From Bilabrum cf. latius (taxonomy: Eukaryota): 64,000 bases of DNA. Location of the stretch: the NCBI GenBank assembly GCA_965178125.1, contig OZ237736.1, positions 806,001 through 870,000 of the forward strand, in the 5' to 3' direction. The position numbers and the translations under genes were made by a program. The notes beneath the pieces are model-generated. The model was not told the origin of the DNA. It ran no database searches and saw nothing but the letters and a program-made list of their open reading frames with translations. Of the stretch, positions 38,077-48,755 are shown piece by piece (position 1 is the stretch's first letter; each line of letters begins with the position of its first letter).

Positions 38077-38335
38077 TACCCTCGGCGAATGAAACCGATG
38101 CATGAAACACAGGTTCACATCCACTTTGGGGGGTTTAAAGGCGAATTTTTGCGACAATTGAAAAGTAGACTTGTTTTCTGCTTCCCTTGAAGTGATAAGC
38201 GCTGTGTGCACATCGTAGTCGTTAGTAAAATACAGGTCGGGGCTTTTCCGCCAGACAGACCGTGGAACGAACCAGTACACCCCAACCTTAGGATCTAGTC
38301 ATCTGTATCTCAAGGAAACCCTGTCCTAAGCGGCT

Positions 38336-39642
38336 ATGGCCCAAGTAGGAGGCGGTGGATCGTCGGCAGGTGGCGCTGCCATGGGAAGCAGCACAGCCGC
38401 GGGTATCGATCTCTCTTCTGGAGAAGACCCAGCCCCCCCGGTGGAGTTTAGCTTTGCAGATGATCCCAACCCAAAGCATAGGCCCCAAAATGAAGATGCG
38501 CACATTATTACCTGCCTCCTGGAGTCCGAGGAATTCAGTGTGGGCGCCACGGAGGGCGGGGCTGGAGGAAGTGCCGAATACGCGCCGAGATCGTTCGATG
38601 GCTTGAAGACGCCTGGAGCAGGAATTGGAAGCAAGGGAGAGGCATCGGCTGCCATTCGATAGTCCGGGTCGTTCACCGGATTGGAGACTTACAAGGATGC
38701 TGCGTCAACTCAGTTTGCCAAGGGCGGCGCGCTTGCTCGCTCGTCCAGGTCGAGCGATAAGGGCGCCAAAAAGAAGACCCAGCCTTTAGCCGCCAGATTA
38801 GTAAGACCAATTCACATGTTTGCGATCTTAGATGGTCACGGAGGCAAGGCGTGTGCCGCGTACTGCGCAGAAAAGCTAGTCGAGGTCTTGCAGCAGAAAC
38901 TGTGCAAGCACAAGCGATGGGCCTCGGCCTTGCCGGAGGCATTCCAAGAAACAGGTAAGCAGATTGCAATGCAACAAGTCCGTTTGCAACAGGGATTCCC
39001 TGTTTTCGTCCGCAGTCTCTTGGTATCGCTGCGCCCCAACCCGCACGCGCCACGATACTCCATGTCAAAGCCTGGTCCAACCGTTGCCCCGCAGATAGGC
39101 AATTTCATCGGGCCATGCCCAAGGATACGAGCGGGTCCACCTGCGCCGCCGGCATCATCCACGGCCACGGCGAAAAGCGCGAGCTGGTGCTCGCCCACGT
39201 GGGCGACAGCCGGATCGTCGTCTGGGACACTGAAAGCGGGGGGGGTCACGCCAGGAGGCTGACGACTGACCACACACCAGCAGTCAGAGCAGAGGTTGAC
39301 CGCCTGGAGTCGGACGGCGGCTTCGTGGCGCGCGGTCGGGTGATGGGGGTGCTGGCGGTGACCCGCGCGTTCGGCAACTGGGAGATGAAGAAGCAGAGCC
39401 CCTCGCACCCAGACGTGAGCAGGATCCGGCTCGGCCTGCCGCCCCCGAAACGGTCTGATCGATTCCTGATCATCGCGTGCGACGGCCTGTGGGACGTGAT
39501 CTCGGACACGGACGCGTGCAAGGTGGTCCGCGCTCACCTCAAGAAGGGGGGCAGGCCCGAGCTCGCTGCCAAGGTGCTCGTCCAGGAGGCGATGGCGAGG
39601 AGAACCACGGATAACGTGACTGTGCTCGTTGTTTACTGCTGA
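38336..39642 (+). CDS. Protein phosphatase 2C (PPM family); intron 38955-39094
   Basis: RPQNEDAH, FAILDGHGG, SGSTCA, AHVGDSR, DHTP, LAVTRAFG, FLIIACDGLWDV, DNVTVLVV. TAG 38660 lies between the EDAH and DGHGG motifs. Confidence 0.92.
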
Positions 39643-39981
39643 GTCAAGCTGGGCCGGGAAATCTGGAGCTTGTCACTGTCACTTTTGGCGGTGTGTGGGG
39701 GGACGGCTTGCATGTTGCAATCTCGTGTTGGCCCGCGATTCGGAGCTTCACCTCCTCGGTGTTGCTGATGCGTGGCCCGCGACATCTCTAGGGGAAGATA
39801 GGAACATTTGAAGATCGACTTGCATCATCTATATCAAGACTAGGCCTGCAAGGGACCTCGCTCGCTCGATTTGGAGCTGGGTTCCGGTTTGTTCAGTCTC
39901 CTGCACTGAATTAAACGATGATCTTCTGCACCCACAAAGCTGCAGCTCTTTGACCCATGTCTTAACCACTCGCTCGTAGCC

Positions 39982-41916
39982 ATGTCGCTGTGTTGGTGCG
40001 TGGGGGAGTGTTCGTCGTCGGAACGCAGTCTGGCGAGACTGTTTGAAACTCCTGTTGTTCTCAACAGGGCGGACACCTCAAGCGCAGCCTCGTATCAAAT
40101 GTTTGGACCGGTCATAATTACTTGTTTGCTGAATGCTGCACTCGCTGTATGCGTGGGGCTGCCCATGGAAGGGAGTGGACCCTGGAGGTGGTTGCTGCCA
40201 AACCCTGGAGCAAGCGGCGACGGGATCCTGGGTGATCCAGCAAGGCGGACGATTGATACCCTGATCAACACCTCTGTTCTGATGGGTGCCGTAGTAGCTA
40301 CGACATATTTCTTCGCCTGGCTCTACATGCTTCAAGCTAGACGGTTCATGGTTGCATTCTTGGTTGCTGCGCACCTCTTTTGGTTTGGGCTATTCACTTT
40401 TTACCTGTTGGCCATTGCCAACAGGCACTGGAAGTGGCATTTGGACTGGATCACGGCCATACTAGTATCGTGGTGGGTTTCCGGTGGGCTCACCTTTGTC
40501 CTCTTCTTTGAGTATCCCTTGGAACTCCCCCGGCGCACGGTCTCCTACCGCCTGCGCCCGTCCAGGCTAGCACACGACTGGGTGCTGAGAGCAAACGGAG
40601 TGGCACAGTCAGCCTTAAGCCTGCGCCGGTACACCCTGCAGCTGGCATCGATGAATGGTCTGCGGTAGGATGAGGTCTCGAAGCTCCTGCCGCGCGATGC
40701 CCACGTCGCCGTGTAGAGAGCCACGAGACACCTGCCCGGCCCGCCGTGGAATCGACTGCAATGCCAGTGCGGCATGTTTGGACGTGACCAGGAGCATATG
40801 CTGCAGGAAGCCGATCGGATCGAGAGAGAGGTGAACGGCCGAGCATTGACCGCGGAGCAACTGCTCGTGGTGCTCCCAACTGCGCTGCAATGCGCTGCAC
40901 GAGCCCCACACGACCGGGGCAGTGCTAGTGCGCACAATGTAGAACCGCTTACCAATACGTCTACTTCGTAGTACCCGCCTGGCGGTACTACATCTCTGTA
41001 GGAGCTGTAGGGAGCAGAGATTCAAGCAGTGCCTGCAAGCGCCAGCACTAGTGCAGCTGTTGTCTCGCCCAGGCAGGTGCGTCCGAGGCGTCTGGACACC
41101 GAATGCCCCGGACACGCGTCGCAATCACCAAGTGCTTCTACTCGCGCCAGCATTGCGGGGCATGAAACCAGCAGCGGCGGCGGTGATGATGCCGAAGCTG
41201 CGGCCGAGGTAGCTCGTCTGGCCGAGGGCTTCTGGCAGCAGCAGATGGACCGCACGTTTCCAGAGCCTGAGTCGCCACTCGTCACACTGCGCCGGTCTCA
41301 CTTGTCCTGCTAGAACATGAGCCTTTGCCTTGGTGCCGTGGTGCTCGGCTGGCCGTTCCTCTGCTTCCCCGAATGGACCTTGTGGAGCACCGTGGTGGCA
41401 CTCATCCTGTGGGACATCGTGGCTGTGCTGACACCGTGCGGGCCGCTCGGATACATCATGAGACAAGAGACAGAGCGGGCACGTTTGCTGCAGAACCGAG
41501 CGTTGCGCAAGCAGCAGCAAGAGAGGGAGGGGCAGCCGACAGTAGAGGCGGAGCGGCAAGGCCAGGGTGGAGAGGAGAATGCAGGGGAGGAGGAGGGGGA
41601 GGCGGCACTGCCTGGAGTTGCGATGCCGCCGGGGCTGTTGTACGAGGGTGACCTGTTCCGGCTAGGGACCGGGGACATGCTTTTTTTCTGTGTGCTGGTG
41701 GGTCGAGGCGCCATGGCTGGTTGGGAGGTCTTTGTGATGGTGCAGGTGGCGGTCTTGGCTGGTCTCGCGGTGACCATCGGGTTGTCATTTGCGACCAAGA
41801 TGGTTGTGCCGGCGCTCCCCGCTGCGCTGGTCCTGGGAATTCTGGCGTACTTCCTCGGGACATTTGCGGCTTCCGGCTTCTTCGGGTGGTTGCAGAGCAG
41901 AGGATACGGGATGTGA
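39982..41916 (+). CDS. PSEN: Presenilin (GxGD aspartyl intramembrane protease)
   Basis: LDWIT, PEWTLW..WDIVAVLTPCGPL, RLGTGDMLFF, PALP. About 6 in-frame TAGs in a large TM4-TM5 insertion and at the start of TM5; TGA end. Confidence 0.9.
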
Positions 41917-42092
41917 GCCCTTCTTCGGGTGGTTGCAGAGCAGAGGATACGGGATGTGAGCCCTTCTTCGGGTGGTTGCAGAGCAGAGGATACGGGATGT
42001 GAGCCCTTCTTCGGGTGGTTGCAGAGCAGAGGATACGGGATGTGAGCCCTTCTTCGGGTGGTTGCAGAGCAGAGGATACGAGATGTGAGCCC
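41877..42092 (+). repeat. 43-bp tandem repeat x5 spanning the presenilin stop codon
   Basis: CTTCTTCGGGTGGTTGCAGAGCAGAGGATACGGGATGTGAGCC at 41877, 41920, 41963, 42006 and 42049. Confidence 0.95.
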
Positions 42093-42187
42093 TTGGTGAC
42101 TGAATTGAGGAACGTCTGCCAGAGTCGGCTGCTCTGCAAGTACAAAACTATTGAGCACCAATTCATGGCATCAAGCCAATCACTGCG

Positions 42188-43531
42188 TCATCTTGGCCGT
42201 GGGCGCTTCGTGCCAACGGTTAGCCTGATGGTCGGGCCCTTTCCCCTCTAACTGGAGTCTGGGCCACCTCCCGCTGTCTGCTCCGTCGCAGCACCGCCAG
42301 CTGTCCCAGCTGCAGCAGACGCATGCTCCCCCACTCGCATTTTTTTGCTCGAGCTAGGCATCGATCGATTGCTCGCAACGGCAGCAGAGGCGGCTCGCAG
42401 CAACCCGGCGCTACTCTGCCGCCCCACGGGCCAGGTGCGCAGTGCCCGCATGGCGAGTGCTCGCCTGCTCGCTGCGAGCACTTGCTTGCTCACTCCCCCG
42501 GCCCGCAGCGCCTCCTTAGAGTCGTGTCCCATGCGGTATTCCCTATCCCTGCCTTTGACACTCTTGTTCCCTGCCTTCACTGATGACCCTGCCTGCGCAG
42601 ACTGCTCGCCGCCCATGCGCTCCCCGTAGGCCGGCGTGAGAGTAAAGCTGCGCTTGGCAGGCCTTGATCCTGCCGCAGCACCCATGTTAATAGGTGCACC
42701 GGCGATGAGCTGGGGAGGTGCTACCATGGGCAACGTGAGCTGCGCGACGCGTGGATGCGCTGCGCCGGCTCCGCCTGTCTAAGCATCGTGTTCCTGTGCG
42801 GCAGCAGCTGCGTCAGTTAGTGCAGCCTCAAGCTCGCGCAGCTTGTCGCGGGTCTCACGCTTAATCTCTGCTTCTAGCTGCGCTGCTATCTCTGCTACGT
42901 CTGTTTTGAGCGGGATCGCAGCCTACTTCTTTGCGCCTTCTTGCAAGATTCGTTTACGCTTCTCTCGGGCGGACTGCTCCACTACCATTCGCCTTAGCCG
43001 GTCGTCACGAGTGACACGAATATGAGCTTGTAAAGCCCGGCTGTCTTCTTGCTTCTTTCTCGCCGCCTTCTATATGTCTGCTCGATTGCTCGCGAGCTCG
43101 TCTGCCATCTCCTTCTTCGCTTCCTTGACGTTGATGCCGTCGGCCAGCCATCGAATAATCCTTTCACGTTTTTCTTGGTACTTGTCCCAAGCCTAGTGTG
43201 CCTCAAGGGTGCCTTCGCCGTGCATGTCTTCAAAGTCCGAGAGGCTCTTGCTGAAAACACGGCCAGCCTCACGGCGCACCTGGACCTCTTTTTCAAACTA
43301 AGCCGTGTTTGCATCCTTGGTCTTCAATTCATGACGGTAAAATCTTTTCTGGCAGTGCGGGCACAAGACCTGTGAAGCGCGTGATAGCTCGCGGTTGCTG
43401 CAACGAACACAAACCCGGTGGGTGCAAGGCGCCGTGAGAAGCTTTGCTTCTGGATCCAAGTAATTGTGCCCATTCCCATCACAGCTCCAGCAATGCTCCA
43501 GCGCGTGTTCGACTAGCGCATGAGAGCTCAT
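42188..43531 (-). CDS. MNAT1: CDK-activating kinase assembly factor MAT1 (TFIIH Tfb3)
   Basis: RING CWSC..YLDPEAKLL..CTHRVCVRC..CPHC, then *FEKEVQVRR..VFSKSLSDF..WDKYQEKRERII; C-terminal RAGG..RRALA. About 6 TAGs; TGA 42188. Confidence 0.85.
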
Positions 43532-43640
43532 TCATAGACCTCGCAGTGCAGACTAACCCCAAAATAAAAAAAGCGCACCGGAATCTTGAGGCTTTTTCCG
43601 GTTTGGCTCCCGCTTGCCGCCGCCGGCGATGCGCCGCGTA

Positions 43641-46600
43641 TCATGATGACGACCCCTGCCTGAGCTGTACGCGCCTTGGCTTTGCTTTACCGGACAATAA
43701 TAGCTCCTTGCCGCTCTAGGAAGGCTTGCATCTCCCTGACGCGGCCTCATCACCTGCTCGCTTCAGTGCGGAGGACACGATCGCAGCGGCGACGTCACGC
43801 GCCCCCATCGGCTTAGAGAACACATTGTCCAGGCCGGCAGCGCGAAACTCTGCCAGATCCTCGGGGAGGGCATCTCCGGTCAGCCCGATAATCAGCAGCG
43901 AATCGCCGAACCTTCGCCGGAGTTCCCTGGTGCACTCGATGCCCCCCATGACGGGCATGGATCGATCCATGAGCACTGCGAAGGCCACCTGCTCGCCGTT
44001 GTCGCTGCTGTGCGTCGCACCGGCATCAGCACCGCCTCTTGCAGCTGTGCTCGTTGACTACCTGCTGCCCGTGCCCCTCTCGCTCCAGCTGACTGCCCCG
44101 AACCCCCTCACCGCCTCAGACTGGTCAGACACGGACCGCGAGGGCTCGAGTCCACTCACTCCAGGCGCACTAGTGGCTGCGCCGTACTGACCGGGCCTTG
44201 ACTCTTCGTATCCTCTTCTGAAACCACCCGACTTGTCACGGTGCCGCCGTCCAGATTGCCCGCGTTCTACCGGATTCGCATCTAATGAAGCGTCTCGTTC
44301 TTCATGTCTGTTGTACTGGGCAGATAAAACACCACCCTCCACGATGGCAGAGTCTATTGACGTAGCATTGTGGCCGCTGCAGCCCTCAGGACGAAGTGGG
44401 TGCCCGCGGGCGAGGGCCATGACCTCACTGCTTCGATCCAGGCTTGGAGTTGTTCTCAGGGACCTGCCTTGCCCAGTCCCGAGGATGCCCTCACTTGCAC
44501 CTGCACTGCTTGCGCCTGCTGGCATTGTCTCACTGGACCCCAGCCCTCCCGTGCTGCCGCCACTGCAGCCTTCCATTTGGCCGGAGGATGCTACAGTGAT
44601 TGCACCGGCTATACCAGTCGACTTTAGGTGATACGTCTGCTAGTCACTACAGGTGATACTGCCCGGCTCGCTTGACCCTATGGCACCCCCTCTACGCATG
44701 CTCGATTGCTGCCTCTCACGCGTGCTTGTATTGGTCGCGTGCTTACCACCAGCTGTTTTTGCCCTCTATGATCCGTTCGAATGAGCCGTGGGGTAGCTCG
44801 TGGCCTCAGTAGCTTCGAGTGTCGGCTGACCGAGCTGCGTTTCGGGGCGGGAACGGCCTGTACCATGCTGGGAAGCTCCATGCTGCAAGGCCACCATCAC
44901 TTCGTAAGCCACTTTGATCGCGTCTGACCCATTCTCGGCCTCGTGCACCACGAATCCTTCGCGTGTCAGTCCCTTGCACATCAATGATCTACCAATGCGT
45001 TCGTCATCTACCACCAAGACATGCCTACTCACAGACGCCTCTATGGGCTAATCCCGTACCGCTCTCTGCTCTGAATCGCTTGGACCTCGAGTCGCCCGTT
45101 TCTTGACGCGGCGTCGCTTCGTCGCGTGATTCCCAGGAACGTTCATACTTGGCAGCTTACTGTTATTTGCCTCCAAACGATGCACGCCCTGAAGCGAACC
45201 TAGAGATCTCGAGCCGGCACTGTGTCCACGCAACGGGCTGGCTGCAGGCCCAGCTACAACAACTCCACCATGGAATTCCACTTCACCACGCGTCTCATCA
45301 CCCTCCCGAGGAGCCATCGCTCCGTTCCAAGGCGTGTCGCCGCGGTAGGAAGACTTCGATTCGGTCGCACTGCCGGTGCTTGCCTTGCTCGCAGCTCCAG
45401 CATCACTAACAGGTACGGACGGCATCACCAGGCTGCCTGGGTGGTCACCGGAGGAGCTGCTTCCGTGGTCGCGCTGGAGGATCGCTGCAGAGAAGTCAGA
45501 CTGGCTATCCCAACTTCTCTACTCGCACGGCGCCGCTATCAATTGACCAAGTCCCCCGTTGGCCTGGATCACATGTCTTGATTCGCCTGCAGTCGGTAAC
45601 TCGGATGAATCGTACGGTCCCTAGAGCACTAGTCCGCACCTGACCCTGGCCTCGAACAATGAACCGGTGCTACGCGTGCTGACGACGCGCAAGTCACCGC
45701 CGTGCTACCGAGCAATGCCACGGGAAATGAAAAGACCCATCCCAGTGGACTCCCGGCCAGGCTGCATTCCCAGAACACCCTCTGCGAATGGATCGAAGAG
45801 CGTCTCTAGCGCTGAATCGCGAATCCCTGGGCCTTTGTCACTCACTGTGATAGAGAGCGTAGCACTCGATGAGGGACTAGGAAGCAAATAGCTGCCGTCA
45901 GGACTGCTTGTGCCTGGCTGCGTATTAGTGCCGGCGTGGCTCGCACGGATTGCACCAAACGGCCCCCAGCACGCATCGTGCTGCAGCTCGCGAATGCCAA
46001 CGATGACCCTGGACCCCCGCGCGGAGTACCGGATAGCGTTTGAAACGAGATTTGTGACGATTTGTTGCAGTCTCTGGGCGTCGCCAACCAGCTTCGCGTG
46101 CATGATATCTTCGTCGTGCACTTCGAGCGTAATTCCAGCGAGGTGGGCATGCCTGGCATGCACCTTCAGTGCCCATCTCCCCAGCTGCCGCCTCGGGTCA
46201 AACGCCGCCTGAACAAGCCGTAGGCGCCCTCGTTGCAGCCGTTCGGCATCAAGTACGTCGTTGAAGATCCTTCGCATTGACGCGCACCCTTGCACCAGCT
46301 GCTATGCCACGCCCTGCATGTCCATGAGACGAGCCCTTACCTCGGGCATGTTACACTGCGACACCACGCCAAGCTGATCTTCTATTGCTTGTTGTGGCTG
46401 ATAGGAGCCGGGAATCAATATGCCCGGGCCACCTGGTTGAGATGAATCGTCCGACAGCTGGATCTCTGATGCATGCGACCGCCTCACTGGGAAAGACCTG
46501 CTGTCCAGTACCCGCTCAATCCCGGTGCAACGCAGCATTGACACACTGTCCCTGCTACGATCGCCCAGCCCACCACCAGATTTAGCCATGCTTACCACCG

Positions 46601-48180
46601 TCGTGTCAGTATCCACCGTAGAATCAACCTGTCCCCGCTGTGCAGCAACTGGAGTCGAGATACTGCGGTGCACCGCGGGTATCGCGACCCCTTGCCGCTG
46701 CCTGGCTCTTGCCAGAATCCCGTTTGAGCTGCCAGGCGAGGGAGTCCCCTGGCCGCGAGCCAATCTTTGAGCACTGGCAGGACCAAACCCCGGCCGCCCA
46801 GCTGGCCGGTTGTCGTGCACTCTCGCAGGCGCAGCTGCATCCACGATCTCTATGGCGTCGTGAAGGCTGATTTTGATCTCCTGGCTGCCGAGGTGCACTG
46901 CCTGCAGCGGAACCCTCGCTTCGTGGAAGACGTATCTGAGAAACTGCTGCACGTGCTCGATCTGGCTTCGGGCGGCCTTGGCCCTCCAACTGTGCATCTC
47001 CCAGGCCAGCTCTGTCTGTACTGAAAGCAGCACCAGAACGACCATCCAGAAATACAACATTGCAGACAATACGTCCATGATAATGTTCAGCCGCTCTTCT
47101 TCTGATTCGCTCAAGCCCATGGCCCTGGGCACTATGTACAGCAGTGTCCGAACGCACAAGTACGCTGCGTACACAACAACAGCAACCTGGCCTCGTTCCC
47201 AGGCCTGATCCGAGCTCTCTTTGGTGCGACTGGTCAAATCGGCGTGGATTGGGGGCTAGACACTAGACTCATGACTTTCTAGGGCGGCGCTTGTTATTCT
47301 GCCCTGCTACGAATGTCCAGCAGGTCCCGCTTCGACCCGAACTCTAGACAAGCAGCAGAAGCCGCCTGCACCAGCTGCTCTTCTCGGTCTCATTCGACTA
47401 CGGTGCACACATTCTGTGTCTGTAAAATGTGAAATTGCGGGCCGGAGTGCTGCTGCAACAGATGCTGGCTGTGTCAGCAGCATCCTCGCAATTGCCCACA
47501 CTATCCCGATCGCCCCGAGGCAAAAAAAGACTGCCTGCTACCATATCCCAGTCCCAGCGACAATGGACAATAATGGAAATAAAGCGTAGGTTGCAATACT
47601 CTGCGCTACTAGCATCAGATTCGAGCCGGAGGAGCCATATCCTGGTGGCTACGCAATGTGCTGAATCAGCCATGCTGACTAAAGTTCCATTTGAATCACG
47701 ATCAGGCTTCTATCTGTGCACTACGACCTCCCTCCCAAATCTACCCCGCATGAAGATATGCCTACGCCGCGATATGCGAAAACGCTGGCGAGCTGCGATC
47801 ATTGCGCGAGAACTCGATTTTCAGGATGACGTAAAAGAATAGTTGAACGAGCTGCAAATGACACATGCTCAAGAAAATTACACCTGAATCTCACGCCGAT
47901 AGTCTGCACTGCAACGACTCGTGCTACACGCGCGAGCTTGGACTCCCCAGTTGCTGTGACCAGAAACACCGCCGCGAGTGCCCACATCCCGTGCATGATG
48001 GCAAGCCCAATTCCCATCGCCTCAAACGTATCATGCCCTTCTACATACATATCACGTCTGCTTTTCGCGACCTTGGCCGATGCAACGCCTACATCTAGGG
48101 CACATGAAAACGTCGTCAGCGCCGTTATGCTAGCTGCCACCAGGAAGGAACGAATGGCTGCTGAAAGCCACTCCCCAGCG
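43641..48180 (-). CDS. Hybrid sensor histidine kinase: multi-TM opsin-like N-terminus, HisKA, HATPase_c, receiver; at least 1 intron (~47794-47894); start uncertain
   Basis: FLRYVFHEARVPL, GDAQRLQQIVTNLVSNAIRY, VSDKGPGI, GMGLFISRGIAR*HGG, VLVVDD..MDRSMPVMGG..GLTGD..KP. Six ORF-track fragments share one frame linked by TAGs; TGA 43641. Confidence 0.85.
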
Positions 48181-48755
48181 AGTACTTTGTTTCATAGAAT
48201 ATGATGTATGCTTCAGTCTTTATAAAATGTCTGGTACTGTACTCAGGATTGAAGTCGTGTCCCAACCTGGTCGTCCAATTGTGCGAAAGTGCCTCTTCAC
48301 TTTGTTGGTTAGCGGCCGTTGGGTAGCAAAGTGCGGTCGCAGCAACCGGCTCGTCGCCTGGGACACGTGGCATGTCCAGCTAAGCTTAACCGTGGGTTTT
48401 CGCCAACATCTGAGCAAGAGGCTGACTCGCAGTACGCATCAGACAGTGTGGCATTGGCACTGCGTGCACCTGCTCTTGCTCGCTACGCTGCACCGCCACC
48501 TTGGAGGCAGCCTCTCAGGCTGCCAGTGAGCTCGTTCGCCGGCAGGCCAGCTGCAACGCAGCGCGTTGGCACAGCACGTCTGCACAATAGCTGAAATTCC
48601 TCCGAGCTGTTTTCATTGGACTCGAAGACGGCGACTGCACGCACTGTTCACCATAGATCTACAGGAAGGCAAGGATGATCCGATCATTAAGTGCATTCCA
48701 CTGTAGTGCAACGTGTGTGTGGCCAGAATCGGTGCATTGTGCTTCTTGAGCGTAA

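Noticed and set aside
38085-38200. snRNA/SL-RNA gene as LINE target (AATTTTTG Sm-like site at ~38143)
   Set aside because: The reconstructed empty site lacks a convincing U1/U2/U5/SL sequence, and a short U-rich match is expected by chance.
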